Assembly: GCA_043228905.1 (NCBI GenBank)
Contig: JBHGNT010000011.1
Coordinates: forward strand, 17,360,001 to 17,424,000
Reading direction: 5' to 3'
Origin: Azolla caroliniana
Taxonomy: Eukaryota > Plantae > Polypodiophyta
DNA: 64,000 nt
In this document: positions 41,801 through 54,397 of the stretch, one piece after another
Layout of the letters: every line of letters starts with the position of its first letter
Position numbering within the stretch: the first letter of the stretch is position 1
The notes under the pieces: generated by a model
Seen by the model: only the letters and a program-made list of their open reading frames with translations
The model's database searches: none
Told to the model about the DNA's origin: nothing
Translations under genes and position numbers: made by a program

Positions 41801-44800
41801 GTAACCATTCGAGTCATCTGCATACATATATTTATACACGCGTTCTTATGCTCTATCTCCTGCCCAACTGGTGTCTCTTGTGTTGATTGGGCTGTGCTCC
41901 CGCGCGCTTCTTTGTCTATCCGTGTGTGAGCGTGTCTCTCTCTTTCCCTTTTCTCACCTATTCCTCGGTCCAAGACCCCTGTGGTCCCGCCTTGTTCTCC
42001 ACCCACGCGTGTAATAACGCGACAACGTTTTGGGCTGAGGCGTTGTCGACAACGACGTATGTGATAAACAAATCACCCTCAGGGCCCTTGGATGGAGACA
42101 CGCCGCAAAAGGTGTGGACCGGTAAGGAAGTGTCCTACCGGCATTTGAAGGTGTTCGGGTGTCTCGCGTACGTGCATGTTGCTAAGGATCAGAGAGGAAA
42201 GTTGGATCCAAAGACCCGGCCATGCATATTCCTCAGATACTGCGATGATGAGTTCGGCTACCGAGTGTGGGATCCGGTTGACAAGAAGGTTTTCCGGAGC
42301 CGAGATATTATCTTCATGGAGGACAAGACTCTTGCCGACTGGGAGTTGGAGAAGAAGATAATGAACTCCGATGAGATTCGGACCCACCCGGCTAAGAGCC
42401 GGTTGACACTCGAGGAACTAGCCGGTTACTGTGAGGATACCGAACCGGCAGAAGAAGAAGTAGAGGAAGCTGAAACCGGAACCGGCCAAGACCCCGAATC
42501 AGATTCGAATGAAGAACAAATAGAGGAGCCGGTTGCCGAAAGCCAAAGACGGAGATATCCTCTCAGAGAGAGAAGCCCCCCCCGGAGATTTCCGGATGCA
42601 GAGATGTGTTTCTGACCGATGAGGGGGAGCCAGAAAGCTTCGAAGAAGCGAAGGATGACACCCATAGCCGCAAGTGGTTGAGTGCCATGCAAGAGGAGAT
42701 GGATGCCTTGCACAAGAACCACACGTATGAATTGGTGGAGTTGCCGAAAGGAAGGAGGGCACTCCGAAACAAGTGGGTGTACAAGTTGAAACTGGGAGGT
42801 GCCGGCAACCCTCCAAGGTACAAAGCCAGGATCGTGGTGAAGGGGTTCCAGTAGAAGAAAGGCGTGGACTTCGACGAGATATTTGGCCCGGTAGTAAAGA
42901 TGACTTCCATCCGGACGGTGCTGAGCATAGCGGCAAGCATGGACCTCGAGGTAGAGCAGTTAGACGTGAAGACGGTGTTCCTCCACGGCGACCTCGAAGA
43001 GGAGATCTACATGCACCAATCGGAGGGATTTGTGAAGAAAGGGCAGGAGCACCTGGTTTGCCGGTTAAAAAAGAGCCTCTAGGGGTTGAAGTAGGCTCCC
43101 CGACAATGGTACCGGAAGTTTGACTCCTTCATGACCGATGAAGGGTACCACAAGACGCAGGCCGATCATTGCGTATTTGTGAAGAAGTTCAAAGGTGGAG
43201 ACTTCCTGATACTCCTCTTGTACGTGGACGACATGTTGATCGTCGGACGAGACCAAGTCAAGATATGGATGCTGAAAAAGGCCCTGAACCAGACCTTCTC
43301 TATGAAAGACTTGGGTCCAGCAAGACAGATGCTGGGGATGCATATCATCCGGGACCGGCCAATGAAGCAATTGTGGCTGTCACAAGATAAGTACGTGACA
43401 AAGGTGCTTCAACGGTTCAATATGTCAGATGCGAAACCGGTCGGATCGACACTTCCGACAAACTGCAGGTTATCCGGTAAGTAAAGCCCGAAGACGAAGG
43501 CAACGAAGGTGGATATGATGAAGATACCATATGCCTCTGCCGTCGAGAGCCTAATGTACGCAATGGTGTGTACCGACCGGATATCGGATATGCAGTCAGA
43601 ATGGTGAGCCGGTTTATGAGCAATCCCGGCAAGGAGCACTCGAATGCGGTAAAATGGATACTCCAATACTTGAAAGGCACCTCAAGTATGTGTCTCCGAT
43701 TCGGCTCCGGTAAACCCCAACTTGAAGGTTTCACCGATTTGGATATGTCGGCTGATGCGGATACCAACCGGTCAACATCCGGATATGTCATGACATATGC
43801 GGGGGGGGCTGTTTCGTGGCAATCGAGGTTGCAGAAGACGATTGCGTTGTCAACCATGGAAGCGGAGTACATGGCGGCTGTGGAAGCCGGCAAGGAAATA
43901 CTATGGATGAAGGACTTCATCGAAGAGCTAGGGATCCGGCAAGAGGAATATCGGCTCTATTGCGACAGCCAAAGTGCCATCCACCTTGCGAAGAACGCAA
44001 CGTATCATTCCAGGACAAAGCACATCCAGCGAAGGTACCACTGGATTCGGGAGTGAGTAGAAGACCGAGAGTTCGTGCTGACGAAGATCCACACGGAGGA
44101 GAACGGGTCGGATATGCTGACCAAGGTGCTGACGCCCGACAAGCTAGACGCATGCCGGAAGCAGATCAGATTGACAAGGCATCCCAGGCCGGAGTGAAGG
44201 GGGAGTTTGTTAGGATCTCGGTCCCTCCGGATGGGATACGAAGGCCCGACAACGGAAGACCCAGTGAGAACCGGATGTGGAGTACCTGGCAACGGAAGAC
44301 CCGGTGAAAACCGGATGTAGAGTACCTAGAACCGGATGATGTAGACCTGGTGAGAACCAGATGTTGCAGGCCCGGTGAGAACCTCTCATCGGATGGAAGG
44401 GACATATATGTAAATATGTTCCAGAGAGCCCACTGGGGCTATATTTGTAAATAGCCCGAAAGTCATATTAGTATAAATATGACCTAGGGCAAACTCAGAA
44501 GACTATATATAGAGTTATTCGTGTAACTCCTGTACAGTGCGTAAGAGAGAGAGAGATATATATATATATATATATACAGAGATTGTGTCTCTGTTGTAAC
44601 CGCCGCCAGGTGAAGATTGAGAGAAAGAGGTTGTTGCCTTTGTGCTCTCTGTTGTATTTTTGATATAGTGATAGTTTGGAGTCTGTGGGCTCCCGTGGTT
44701 TTTCCTTCTCAGGGTTTTCCATGTTGTCATCCTGTGCATTCTCTTTTTCTGTTTGTGTAATTACCTCCATTCCCATTTCTTCTGTGTTTGATTGTCATCA

Positions 44801-44852
44801 AGTGATCTAAGCTTCGGTTGTGGCCGAAGATTATTCCGCTCATTTCTTGTCA
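35497..44852 (+). mobile_element. Ty1/Copia LTR retrotransposon (Copia-1), full length but decayed. LTRs 35497-36173 and 44208-44852; interrupted by a nested Gypsy.
   Basis: LTRs TGTTAGG...GTCA; PBS TGGTATCACAGCG; PPT GAAGGGGGAG; TSD GACAA/GACAG. Domain order gag (CFYCGKPGHFQKNC), PR (WVVDSGA), INT (LVHTDVC), RT (LLLYVDDML), RH (YCDSQSAIHLAKN). Multiple stops and frameshifts. Confidence 0.96.
38049..42024 (+). mobile_element. Ty3/Gypsy element nested in the Copia-1 integrase. 5' LTR 38049-~38711 (clipped), 3' LTR 41346-42024; gag, PR and PBS deleted.
   Basis: Near-identical LTRs. Domain order RT (DLYSGYDQ, LPQGGTNS, PFLDD), RNase H (VDTSPTGIG), INT. TSD ACGT (38045-38048 / 42025-42028); removing the element restores Copia LPKT|FWAEA. 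Confidence 0.96.
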
Positions 44853-45456
44853 GACAGAAATGAAGCTTAAGAGCCCTATAAGTGACTTTCATACTCCTTT
44901 ACATTGTTTAGACCCTTTCACACTATAGTGGCCGATAAGTCTTTGTCTTTCTTCCTTTTTGGTCTCTCTCTTTTCTTTTCTTTTTTCAAAACTACACCTT
45001 AGTTTCCATTACCAATCCAATAGGCATATACAAAGCCTACACTCTAGTGGAGGTTAAGATAGCAGAGACAAAAGGTTATATCCCCCACTATGTCATAAGG
45101 TAAAACAAACTTTTTAGTTTATTATGCTTAGATCTATCCCTTTAGCACCAATGTCAATGTGGCATTGGAAAGTCATGGCAAGTGCAACATGAGGCCGCAA
45201 GTACATAACAACTTTGGAACGTTTTTGTGAGCCTCCCCACCTAGTACAACCTCGTGTTAGTTGCCATCGTGGATGTGGTTGGTGGTTTCCTACTCCATTG
45301 TGGTTGTGGTATGATGATCGAGTTGTTAATTGGTCACATCAAAGTTGCTCAAATCATAGTATCTTTCAACATTTTTATAAAAGCTATGTCGATGAATGTG
45401 TGGGGGCTTACCACTCTCTACCTTATTACAATTAGACACACACACACACACACACA

Positions 45457-45500
<44 letters not shown>

Positions 45501-45734
45501 GACCCTACCTCTGTAGGAATGTTTTAGTGTACTTGTAGAAGGTAGAATTAATGATTAAGCAAATAAATATATAGTTAAAGGAAAGAAATGGATTAAGGGA
45601 AAAAATTCCTCCCAACCACCCTCGATTGAAGGAATTCAAACAGTTGGCCTACGAGAGTATGATCCAGAGGTGGAGGTGTGGACTAGGAAGAGTTGATGTC
45701 GAATAGTAATATTATAATTTATATTACAAATAAA

Positions 45735-46105
45735 TGTTAGGAATGTCCCTCCTATAGGAGGAGCTGACTGCTTGGTTGAGTAAGAGCCGACTGGGAGAGT
45801 TGAATGTATAAGTGATCCAAGTCGAAGACACGACCAACTAGTCGGACCGACCAGATGATCGACAACACAGATAACTAGTTGGGCCGACTAGATAGTCGAC
45901 ACAAGAGTCGACTAGTCGAATCGACTAGTTGATCATTTGGCTAATTAACGATTGTTAGTGTTATTATCAAATAATAATAATACTAGACATAATTGTAAAT
46001 ATCCCATACTATGTATAAGTAGCAATACACATAGGACAAACTTTAAGCGTGTGATGCAAATTAGACTTTCTATATCTGTGTGTTATAGAGTGAAGTTTTA
46101 GAGTG

Positions 46106-46165
<60 letters not shown>

Positions 46166-49100
46166 TAGTTGTGTAACAACAAACGCCAAGAGCCTTGTGT
46201 GGCTGATACACTATGTATATGAGACAATGTTGTAACATGTTCTCCCTTTGTACATCTCTGATATAGTGGAAGATCTGTTCTCCTTTGGTTTTCCCCTTGT
46301 TTAGGGTTTCCACGTTAAACAATGTGTATTTTGTGTATTTGATGTTTTCGCGTTCTGTCTGTACATTTCATCATATCTTCCTCATAGATCTACGATCCCA
46401 TCTCAATAAACTGGTATCAGAGCTTGAGGTGCAAGCATGGAAGGAGGTGTGAGTGGCTTCCCAAGAATGATGGTCCTGAGCTCTCAAAACTATGTAGACT
46501 CGAAGATCAAGATGGAAGATCTTCTGATAGTCAAAGAACTGTACGAGCCCATCAGTGTCCTGCAACACGTGGCTAACGACACAAATGTTCATGAGATGTG
46601 GAAGAAACTGTTAAGTCTGTATTGGAGGAAGAATGCCCTCAACAAAACATCTTTGATGAGGAAGATTGTGAGGTTGAATTACAAGGACGGAGATAGCATT
46701 GTGGGGCACATAAGTAAATTCATGGGGTATGTGAACCAACTTGCAGCAACCAAGTTTCCCCTTTATGATGCTATGCAAGCCATCTTTCTACCGTGTACCT
46801 TGTTGGATAGCTGGGAGAAGCTAGTGGTGACACTCAACACCTCGTGTCAAGAAGAGAACTTGTTTCTACAAGTGGTAAAGACAGGCATCTTGAACGAGGA
46901 GACGAGAAGGAAGGACAAGGGTGTCCTGTCCCAATCAAAGTCAAACTCTACTGAACATTCTGGTAGATGAAGGAACAGAGAGAGAAGTCCACAAAGGAGG
47001 GACAAATCCCAAGTCAGATACAAGTCTAGAGGTAAGCTGATATGCTTTTATTGAGGAAAACTTGGACACTTCCAGAAGGACTACCGACACCTCAAGAAGG
47101 ACAACGGTGTCCATAATGATATTGAACCTAGGAAGATTCCTGATGAAAAGGGCACTTCAGCCGTCACTACAAACGAAGAAGAACTTCTATTCATTTGTGA
47201 ACAAGCAAGTACAAGTCTTGCACATGAAGAGTGCAAATGGGTGATCGACTCAGGTGCATGATTCCATATAACTTCCTCGAGAGAATGCTTCTCAACTTAC
47301 ATAGCCGGGGATCATGGCTATGTAAAGATGGGAGATAACGGAGAGTGCAAGCTAGCCGGCCTAGGAAGTGTGATCCTGATGATGTCGATAGGTTGTCGAC
47401 TGACTCCGAGAGAAGTTCGACATGTCCCCGATATCATATTGAATCTGATATGAACTAGAAGGTTGGATGACGAAGGCTGCAACGGTAGCTTTCGAAATGG
47501 CAAGTGGAAGTTCTATCGAGGAAACCTCATAGTGACCCGAGCATAGAAAGAGGGCACATTGTATATGATGCATGCCTGACTATGCAATTTGGAAGCAAAT
47601 GTGGCAGCCGACTCGAGTGGAGAGTTATGGCATAAGAGGCTTGGCCACATGAATGAAAAAGGAATGCACATCTTGGCCGACCAATAACTTATCCCAGAAG
47701 TGAAAGGAGTGCACTTGGAGAAGTGTGTTGACTGCTTAGTCAGAAAGCAGAACAAAGGCACATTCCACACAAGACCACCAAGGAGAAGAGAAGCTGCATT
47801 GGAACTAGTACACACAGATGTGTGCTATGTGGATGCTCCATCACATCGTGGTGGACAATACTTTGTGATGTTCATAGATGACTACAGTCGAAAGTTGTGG
47901 GCTTTCATGTTAAAGTCGAAGGACCAAGTACTATCGTTCTTCAAGGAGTTCTAGGCAAGGGCTGAAAGAGAGTCGGGTTGGAAGTTGAAGGTTGTCCAAA
48001 CTGACAATGGTGGCAAATATAGAGGGAAGTTCGAAGAATATTGCAAGGGCCAAGGTATTCGAATCGAATACACTGTACCAAAGATCTCTAAGTTGAACGG
48101 GCTTGCATAGAGGATGAATTGAACGATTATGGAGAGAGTGAGAAACATGTTATCGCACGCTAAGCTACCAGAAAGCATACTGCAAGGCCCACGGTTTTCA
48201 AATCAAATACACTGTACCACAGACCCTTGAGTTGAACGAACTTGTAGAGAGGATGAATCGAATGATTATGGAGAGAGTGAGAGGCATGATGTCACATGCT
48301 AAGCTGCCAAAATCATATTGGGCTAAGGCGATGTACACAATTGTTTATCTGATCAATAGGTCTCCCTCAGTGCCATTGAAAGGTGATGTCCCACAAAGGG
48401 CGTGGACAGGAAAAGATGTCTCCTACTGACACTTGAGGGTGTTCAGATGCTTAGTATATATGCATGTAGCCAAGGATAAGAGGTCGAAGCTCGACAATAA
48501 GTCGAGACCATGCATATTTCTCGGGTACTCAGGGGATGAGTTTGGCTACAAGCTGTGGGACTTAGTCGATAAGAAAGTAGTGAGGAGTGGGATGTAGTCT
48601 TCTTGGAAGACAAGACCATTGAGGATTGGAAGCAACAAAAGTCGGAATCAACTTCCTAGTCGTCTCCCACTACCACAGACTCAAGACTAGTCGAATTGAC
48701 ACAGTCGGTTTTTCGTAGACAGCCAGTCGACACATCCGAATTCGAGTTGGTTGACTCGGAGCAACCAACCAATACATATGAGTCGGAGTTGGTGGACCTA
48801 TTGATGTTGATCGAGGAATACGAGTCGGAGATGGCTAATCCTACGTAATCGATCGACATGTGTGAACCCAACCTGGGAGAATAGTCAACTGAGACATTCG
48901 AACCGGAGCCACCAACAGGTGGAAGGAGTCACCTACTTAGAGAAAGAAGAGCACCGACTACATATATCAGTCAATACATCCTCTTGACTGATGAAGGTGA
49001 ACATGAGTGCTATGAAGAAGCCATAACCAATGAGCACAAAGAAAAATGGTTGAGTGCAATGCAAGACAAGATGAACTCCTTGCACAAAAATTATACTTAC

Positions 49101-51177
49101 GACTTGGCAGAGCTACCAAAAGGTAAGAGAGCACTCAGAAATAAATGGGTCTATAAGGTAAAGACTGGAGAAGTTGACAACACACCCAGATATAAAGCCC
49201 ACATTGTGACGGCTTTGATGAGATCTTCGCTCCAGTCGTGAAGATGACATTCACCTGAACTTTTCTGAGCATAACTGCCAGTATGGATTTGGAGATTCAA
49301 TAGTTGGATGTCAAAACAACATTATTGCATGAGGAACTAGACGAAGAAATCTATATGCAGCAACCCGAAGGTTTTGTGGAGAAAGGAAAAGAAAACTTGG
49401 TTTGTTGACTGATGAAAAGCTTGTATGGTCTGAAACAAGCTCCACACCAATGGTAGAAGAAGTTTGAGTTCTTCATGCTAGAACATAGGTTCCAAGAAAT
49501 ACAGGTTGATCACTGTATGTTCTTCAAAAGGTACGATGAAGGTGACTTCTTGATTCTCTTATTATATGTGGATGACATGTTAATAGTTAGACAAGATACA
49601 CGGAAGATCGGGAGCTTGAAGAAAGCACTAGGCAAGTCATTTGCCATGAAAGATCTTGGACCACCTAAACAAATCTTAGGGATGCACATAGTTCGGGACA
49701 AAACTAAGAAAGTGTTGTGGTTGTCACAAGAGAAGTATGTAAAAAAGATCTTGGAGAGATTCAACATGTCAGAAGCAAAGCCTGTCAGCTTTGTGTTGCC
49801 GACAAACTACAAGTTGAATGCTAAGCAATGCCCGAGGTACAACAAGGAGAAGGCCGAGATGAGGAAGGTACCATATGCATTGGTTGTCTGCAGTTTAATG
49901 TATACTATGGACCATGGTCTGCACGAAACCAGACATATCATTTGTTGTGAGGGCAGTAAGCCGATATATGAGTAATCCAAGACCAGAACACTAGGCAACT
50001 GTTAAATGGATACTTAGGTACTTGAAATGTATGATATCGGAAAACCTATGCTCAAAGGGTTTACCGACTTGGACATGTCGAAGGACATAGAGTCAAGTGG
50101 ATCCACAACGGGATATGTGATGACTTTTGCAGGGGGAGCAGTATCGTGGCAGTCACGACTACAAAAGCCTGTGGCTTTGTCGACCATAGAGGCAGAGTAT
50201 ATGGCAACGGTAGAGGCCGACAAAGAGCTGATTTGGATGAGAAATTTTCTCAGTGAGTTGGCCTAGGAATGAAGCAAAGGGAGTTCTTGCTTCATTGTGA
50301 CAGCAAGAGCGCCATATATCTAACCAAGAATGCTGCATATCACTCCCGGACCAAACATATACAGAGGAGGTAACATTGGTTGCGGGAGAAAATGAAAGAA
50401 GGAGAGTTTACCCTTGTGAAGATCCATACAGACGACAATGGATCCGACATGCTCATGAAGAACCTACCGATGGACAGAATCGGAGTCAGTTGACAAAGGA
50501 GAGGACTAACCTAATTCACCCATAGGAGTGAAGGGGGAGTTTGTTAGGAATGTCCCTCCTATGGGAGGAGTTGACTATTCGGCTAAGTAAGAGCTGACAA
50601 TCGAAGACACGGAGATTCGACTGTATAAGTGATCCAAGTCGAAGACACGATCGACTAGTCGGACTGACCAAATGGTCGACGACAAGGCCGACTAATCAGG
50701 CTGACTGAATAGTTGACATAGGAGTCAACTAGTCAAATCGACTAATTGATCAGTTGGTTGATTACCGACTATTAGTGTTATTATCAAATAATAATTATGC
50801 TAGACATAATTGTAAATAGCCCATACTATGTATAAGTATAAATACACCTAGGGCAAACTTTTAGTGTGTGATGCAGATTAGAGTTTCTATAGTTGTGTGT
50901 TGTAGAGTGAAGAGGAGAGAGATAGAGAGAGCATGAGCGGCGCCATAGTTGTGTAATAGATGATGCCACGAGACTTGTGTGGTTGATACACTATGTATAC
51001 GAGAGAGTGTTGTAACCTGTTCTCGTTTTGTACATCTCTGATATAGTGGAAGATCTGTTCTCTTGTGGTTTTTCCTTGTTTAGGATTTCCATGTTAAACA
51101 TTGTGTATTGTTGTTTTCGCATTCTACATGTACATTTCAGCATATCTTCCTCACAAATCTACGATCCCATCTCAATA
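45735..51177 (+). mobile_element. Ty1/Copia LTR retrotransposon (Copia-2), older and heavily decayed. LTRs 45735-~46408 and 50542-~51177.
   Basis: LTRs start TGTTAGGAATGTCCCT. PBS TGGTATCAGAGC (tRNA-iMet) at 46412-46423; PPT GAAGGGGGAG. gag-PR-INT-RT-RH fragments with many stops. Right boundary is ambiguous (51174 or 51177). Confidence 0.93.
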
Positions 51178-52695
51178 AGAATACTATTAAGGAATGACGG
51201 ATCTGGATCGGCACAGTTTTATAGTCGGTAGCCGGTTAGGCACCGTTTTGTACCGTTTTATCGAATGCCTATATAAAGGATCTAGATTGATGTATCTGAC
51301 ACGGAAGTAATGCAAGTTAGAGTAATGATTGTCTATTCTATTGTCTATTGTTTGATCCATCTTGTGTACTTTCCGTTTGTGTTATAACTCGTTACCTTAC
51401 GCGTGTAATTGAGTGTTAGATACATTGTATGTGTTCCAGAAAGTAACCATATATTGATAAATGTCTGAGTGAGTATCACAATCCATATCTCCGACCACCC
51501 CTTTGGATACATATTCCAGAAGGGAATACCTTGTGTTAGCGGCTAAGTCCAGCCCAGGAGTAACAGAGACAAATCTTAAGCACCATCGACATCCCATACC
51601 ACTAACCATTGCCTAGGATTGTACCTTGGATGCAATCAAAACAACTCTAACACGTTCGCGTTCACAAGTGGAAGGATTGCGCATTCCACTTGTAGAATCT
51701 TCTTAAAACGAAGAAAATACACCCTCTCTACAATAATTGGATACACTAGTATCACATGTTCCTCAACTTGATAAGAATTTGCAAATATAAAAATACATGA
51801 TAGATCTACGAGTGGAGATCAGTAGAAATCATGCAAGTTTAGACATGTTGATAAGTTAATGTATCTAAATAAAGTTCAACTATGGCTCAATATGGCACTA
51901 TTGTGCGACAAGGGAAACACTAACTTAAAGACTTATATTAATTAGGTAGGTTTTACAAAAATATGAGGTGTACTTGTATCCATACTAATAAAATGAGATA
52001 TAATTTATACTTTGACCCATACGTGCATGTATGTAATTGTCGAAAATGTAGGATAGTGCACATTAGGATAAGTGATTGGAATAACTAACTTATTAAAGTA
52101 TTCAATACTTATATTAAAAGTTGATCTAATCTATTCCTCAGTTTGTTCATATGGGATCAAACCATATGTGTATATAATTGTGCACAATGTAAGGCAGTGA
52201 ACTTTAGGATAATGTCGTGGAAATAACAAACCTATTAGGCTTTCATACCTGTATTTAAAATTGATCTACTCTATTGCTTAGGTGATTCACACAAGATCAA
52301 ACTCCGAACGATAACGCAACTGGAACCATTATCAACACACTACACAATCTAAGCAGCAATGGAATAGAAACATAATAGTTTTAACAATATAAGACAAAGA
52401 TCCATAATAACAACATGGACAGTCATGGCAATAATTATAGGGCCATGTTCTGTTAAGGTTAGCTTGGACCAAAATCAGCCTCCATTTAAGCTAGTTCATG
52501 TTTCTCCATAAGTTTGGTAGTCAGCTATGCACGCGGTGAAACCAATATCATAAATCTACTAATGAAGTATATAAAAATAAAATTGAAACATATAGATGAT
52601 TATAAAGAATAGAATCCACTAGGTAAAACCCAAAATTTGTATTAATAATATGAAATCTTAACAAATCGTCAGTGTCATATTCTTTATATAGTCTA

Positions 52696-54060
52696 TTACA
52701 TAGCAATCAATTCATCAACGTCATTTTCTTCATCATCTTGTGTAGAACTGTCTTCGGCTATACGTGCATTGGTTTCCCCTGTTAGCCGGGCCAACGAAAT
52801 ATCTTCTATAAGCTCATCATCAAGCTCTATTAGCTCCCCCGGTTCGCCGGCTAACGGAGGAATAGGCTCTCGCGAAGCGGGTTGAAACCTTTCTGTATTG
52901 GCGAGGTTCTTTGCACCGACCTCCTCATCCTGGTCTGGGCACTCCCACAAAGCCTTAATCCGCATATTAATAAATATAACTTGGTCCTCGTCCTTCTCCA
53001 ATGCAACTGTATTTCTAAACAGCTTCAATGCACATGCTGACGTAGTTCCTATGATGTAAGTAACAAGAAGATTTAGTTGTCAAACGAAAAAAAGTGATTG
53101 GTTATCTCAAGATCGTTACCCTAGTTCGAGGAATACCTGTGCCAGAAAAGAGATCTAATATCCAGTCTCCTTCGACAGAAAACATCTCGATCAAGCGCAT
53201 CATAAGTCGTTGAGGTTTTTGGTATGGGTTGACAAGTCCCCGTTCTGTCGTGGTGACATGTCGCAATTTCCGAGTCACTGCTGGATATACCAACAGATTT
53301 GAACCTCCCACTTCATTAGAATGCTCTTTGATTCTCTGTTTTTTAATTTCATCGAAGTAGCCAACCGTTATGTATTCAATGGCATTAACGAACCGAAAAG
53401 TTGGCCCTCTATTTACATTGGTCTTGATCCTATAAAAAATAATTCATCGAGTTAAGAATAGATTCAACAACCTTAAGAATTGCAATATAATGAAAGACAC
53501 CTATAAATAATCCTTACCATGCAAGGTTCTCGATGCCATGGCAACGAGATCTCAAAGCTTGAGCTACCGAGTACCCTTGGTCCATACTATGAAAGACAAC
53601 TATTCGCCACAAGGATGCGGTCGTTAGCTCAGCGAAATCCTTGACCATCTTCTCCAATTGTTTAAACCTAAACGGTTCATCGTCGTATGATGACCCAGCG
53701 TATATTCCTTCTTTGGCACCTTCTGGATCAAGTCGACGACATCGCCGCAAACCACATTGTAGTAAAGATCTCTCGTAATATCTTTTTTGTGGCTAAATTT
53801 TTTAAACGAGCCATCTTCCTCCATTTCGTACGCCTTGACTAAGCGACGATCCTTTTCTTTTCTGGCTCGCTCGAGATGTGCAAGGAAGGATGTAGGGAAA
53901 TCGTGTATATCCTTAACTTCTCCTTGTTTCTTGCCTCGACACGGTTTCTAAGAAGAGCCTCGCCACACCACGTGTCTCAGAATATTCGAATGAAGATATT
54001 TTCCTTCTCAATAAGGTTAGCCACTCCTCTCATGGTTGCACCTTTGGTTCTCGGGTGACC
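52696..54060 (-). pseudogene. Intron-containing beta-class N6-adenine/N4-cytosine DNA methyltransferase (N6_N4_Mtase-like) pseudogene. Exons ~54060-53518, 53429-53137, 53048-52696.
   Basis: Spliced translation ...YNVVCGDVVDLIQKVPKKEYTL//AGSSYDDEPF...GIENLAW|IKTNVNRG...VNAIEYITVGY...VNPYQKPQRLMMRLIEMFSVEGDWILDLFSGTG|TTSACALKLFRNTVALEKDEDQVIFINMRIKAL, then an acidic tail. Two 88-nt GT-AG introns keep frame. A frameshift near 53700 falls where the catalytic motif IV should be; in-frame stops lie upstream. Confidence 0.85.
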
Positions 54061-54397
54061 ACATGTACTTGCCACATATAATTTCCTTATAACCATTATA
54101 CCCCTAAATAATACACTAAGGTTCTACACATAACATTACACCCCTTTTTAAATTTTGGGCAATGAAAAGGTAGGAAAATGAGTTTTTAAAGTTTTCTCTT
54201 TCTCCCAATTGCATAAAAAATAGTCGAGTTAGACTATAGATTTATAGTTGTGGAATCAAGAATTCATTTTGGCACATGAAATTTATAATATAAATCCTGA
54301 AGATTAACTGAATCCTCAAAAGATGTAGTGTTGTCATATGAACCCTAGAGTTCTTTTAAACTAATAACATGGAAATCTGGATGAATATGCACATCAT

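Noticed and set aside
51185-51650. Possible older LTR remnant (TATA-like CCTATATAAAGG) flanking Copia-2
   Set aside because: No partner LTR, PBS or TSD could be established.
53049-53136. MTase intron donor GTATTCCT as a possible U12 site
   Set aside because: It does not match GTATCCTT and no CCTTAAC branch point is present.
52696-54060. Bacterial contamination as the source of the methyltransferase (and of the cyanobacteria-like ADC)
   Set aside because: Both genes have frame-preserving GT-AG introns and are contiguous with plant genes and TEs.
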